DNA of 35,735 bases. Origin: Octopus bimaculoides (taxonomy: Eukaryota). The translations under genes and the position numbers were made by a program. The stretch covers positions 74,640,934-74,676,668 of the forward strand of contig NC_068982.1 of NCBI RefSeq assembly GCF_001194135.2, given 5' to 3'. Position 1 is the stretch's first letter. The number at the start of each line of letters is the position of its first letter. The notes beneath the pieces are model-generated. The model did not search any database and was not told where the DNA came from. It saw nothing but the letters and a program-made list of their open reading frames with translations. Of this stretch, positions 34,092 through 35,735 are shown one piece after another.

Positions 34092-34350
34092 TGTTAGATA
34101 TGTAATTCGTCTGACGTTCCGTGTGNNNNNNNNNNNNNNNNNNNNNNNNNNNNNNNNNNNNNNNNNNNNNNNNNNNNNNNNNNNNNNNNNNNNNNNNNNN
34201 NNNNNNNNNNNNNNNNNNNNNNNNNAACGAACATTGGGTGAGTGCGTTCTTTGTATGTAATTGAACAATAAATGTTTATAATTAAATTGTATAACTCGTT
34301 ATGTTATCTCTGCGAGTCAGTCCGAGGGAAACATAACATAAATCCTAACA
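34092..34350 (+). mobile_element. Probable LTR, spanning a 100-N gap of unknown true size
   Basis: Perfect TGTTAG...CTAACA termini and an internal AATAAA (~34271); it interrupts the RTE between LDVM and FM..RGTT. The TSD is poor (ggac/gcat). Confidence 0.5.
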
Positions 34351-34819
34351 GCATCACATCTAGACTAATTCTCTCGCTTGCAGCCCATACATTCTGCTAT
34401 TTTCCTTTCTGTAACCACCAATTGTGACTCCCTCATCATCAAGCTGTAGTAACGCCTGCGCATGCGTAGAATTAAACAAGCAAGCGTTTCCCGCTCAATT
34501 CATTCTCTTTCTCGCTGGCCAGCGATTGAGCATGGACGTGTGTTTAAAAGCTGTCCCTACATCTTTCGGTCTTATACTCGACAGCTCGTTATTCTCACCT
34601 CTAAAGATGTATAACTAAAAGATATGTATGTTTATCACCTAAATAAATGTTGTTTGAGTTGTTTAGTCTGGAGTTCAGCGTTCCGTCTATTTCTTTAAGT
34701 TTATAGTAGAAAGTCAGGTATACAATCTAAAGATGTATAACCCACTTTCTACTAAAAAGCCATTTGTTATTGACAGCCATCGATCACTTTTATCAATACC
34801 CACTCTTATTACGATCTAT

Positions 34820-34825
<6 letters not shown>

Positions 34826-34871
<46 letters not shown>
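34826..34871. repeat. (CT)n microsatellite
   Basis: Read directly from sequence. Confidence 0.95.
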
Positions 34872-34874
<3 letters not shown>

Positions 34875-35365
34875 CCTCAATCACCCTTTCGCTATAAAAC
34901 ACGCCATTTCTACCATGATTCTTCTGCTCACTACACGCACCTCATCCTGGTTCTTCTGTCACCGCTCTGCCTTCTGTTCATACCCTAGATCACAATGTCT
35001 TCACCGAATATACAGAGCAAAGAGTGATGAGGACTCTAATTTTTATGAAATACAAACCTCCATATTAGTTATAACCCAAGATACTCTGTAAAGTATTTGA
35101 TGAACCAGAGGTTACTGTGTGGTGACAGGTGAACCTTTTAGTCATATTATGGTCGTAACAACCTCTATAGTTGTGCCGTCACGATAAAGTGGACTCCCTG
35201 TGCTCTAGAAAGCGTTAGTGAGAGACGGGGTATCCAGCCACAGAAACCAATAGAAAAGAAAATATACGAGCGAGACGGAGTTCACCACCTCGCCAAGAAT
35301 GGCTATAACTCTAACTCCATATGAGAAATGACCAGGCCTGTAGTGTCCCACCTGACATATATATA

Positions 35366-35735
35366 TCCCATGAATGACCATGGGATTGCGTCTTGAAAGT
35401 TGCCCTCCGAGGCACAAGTCTGGGCAAGTTTGTTTATGGAAGACCAGCAGTCGCCCATGCATACCAGCCTCCCCTCTCCATGCCAGCGATGGTATACCAG
35501 GGAAAGGCAAACAAGCGCGGTCCCAGGAATATTTTCGAAAGGAGGGCACAAGGTCAGACGGGAATATAATTCCAAGAGGCAAGGGCGCAATAGCATTATT
35601 TAGAAGGGCGCACTTCATTCCTTGAGGTTAGCACGTGCCCCTCAGCCACCACACCACTCCTGGGTCCGCCCATGGCAAAAGCCGATACAGCTTGGCACCA
35701 GTAACGTCACAACTCATTCCTACAGCTGAGTGAAT
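35366..35735 (-). mobile_element. SINE family D (CORE-like), truncated by the window end and interrupted by a MITE
   Basis: ccagcctcccctctccatgccagcgatg..gggaaaggcaaa and gccgatacagcttggcaccagt..caactcattcctacagctgagtgaa match 29615-29720. Confidence 0.8.
35512..35674. mobile_element. 163-bp MITE with ~17-bp TIRs and a 5-bp TSD (GCAAA)
   Basis: Left TIR caagcgcggtcccagga versus reverse-complemented right TIR catgggcggacccagga. GCAAA lies at 35507-35511 and 35675-35679; the uninterrupted SINE at ~29655 has a single gcaaa. Confidence 0.75.

Larger units (their letters stand above)
32865..34420 (-). mobile_element. Old RTE reverse-transcriptase core (domains 2-7) split into three pieces by two insertions
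   Basis: VTERKIA..ERISLDVM (34420-34351) | FMCERGTT..FLVR..KQLYLAFIGLKKSF..VQAMYRGVVSKRR..NEYS (34090-33866) | DEFSVKVGIHQGAVLS..QAITEAFK..LYAD*L..ELEKKF..WKQNL..KW..ICRK (33191-32865). Confidence 0.75.

Noticed and set aside
34600-34741. 15-bp direct repeat ctaaagatgtataac flanking ~110 bp
   Set aside because: It could be a TSD, but the enclosed sequence has no recognisable element features, so no call is made.
35205-35625. ORFs of 67-137 aa near the window end
   Set aside because: They overlap the SINE D and MITE sequence and show no protein motif.

Overview
This is eukaryotic, AT-rich, repeat-dominated draft-assembly DNA with 10 N-gaps totalling about 4.7 kb (about 13%), nearly all abutting microsatellites. 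The SINE families and the (TA)n/(TACA)n/(CA)n load resemble an octopod cephalopod (Octopus-like) genome; this is from recognition, not a database search. No conventional host gene, RNA gene or CRISPR array is supportable. The window is a stack of tRNA-derived SINEs (about 4 families), decayed RTE-clade LINE fragments, a DD37D (maT) Tc1/mariner remnant, a hAT transposase fragment, MITEs, two probable solo LTRs, a Helitron-like 3' end and an ancient ~366-bp tandem array. The standout is an intact 251-codon ORF (20910-21665). It carries five 23-aa STPR-like repeats and a degenerate Helitron-type N-terminal zinc-binding motif, sits behind a good splice acceptor, and the Helitron-like sequence beyond its stop is decayed, so it is a candidate domesticated Helitron-derived DNA-binding protein. 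Also notable are an RTE family ending in three tandem C2H2 fingers (two copies), a ~393-bp palindromic element and a 163-bp MITE with a 5-bp TSD. Most long ORFs in the supplied track are artefacts of N-runs and microsatellites.
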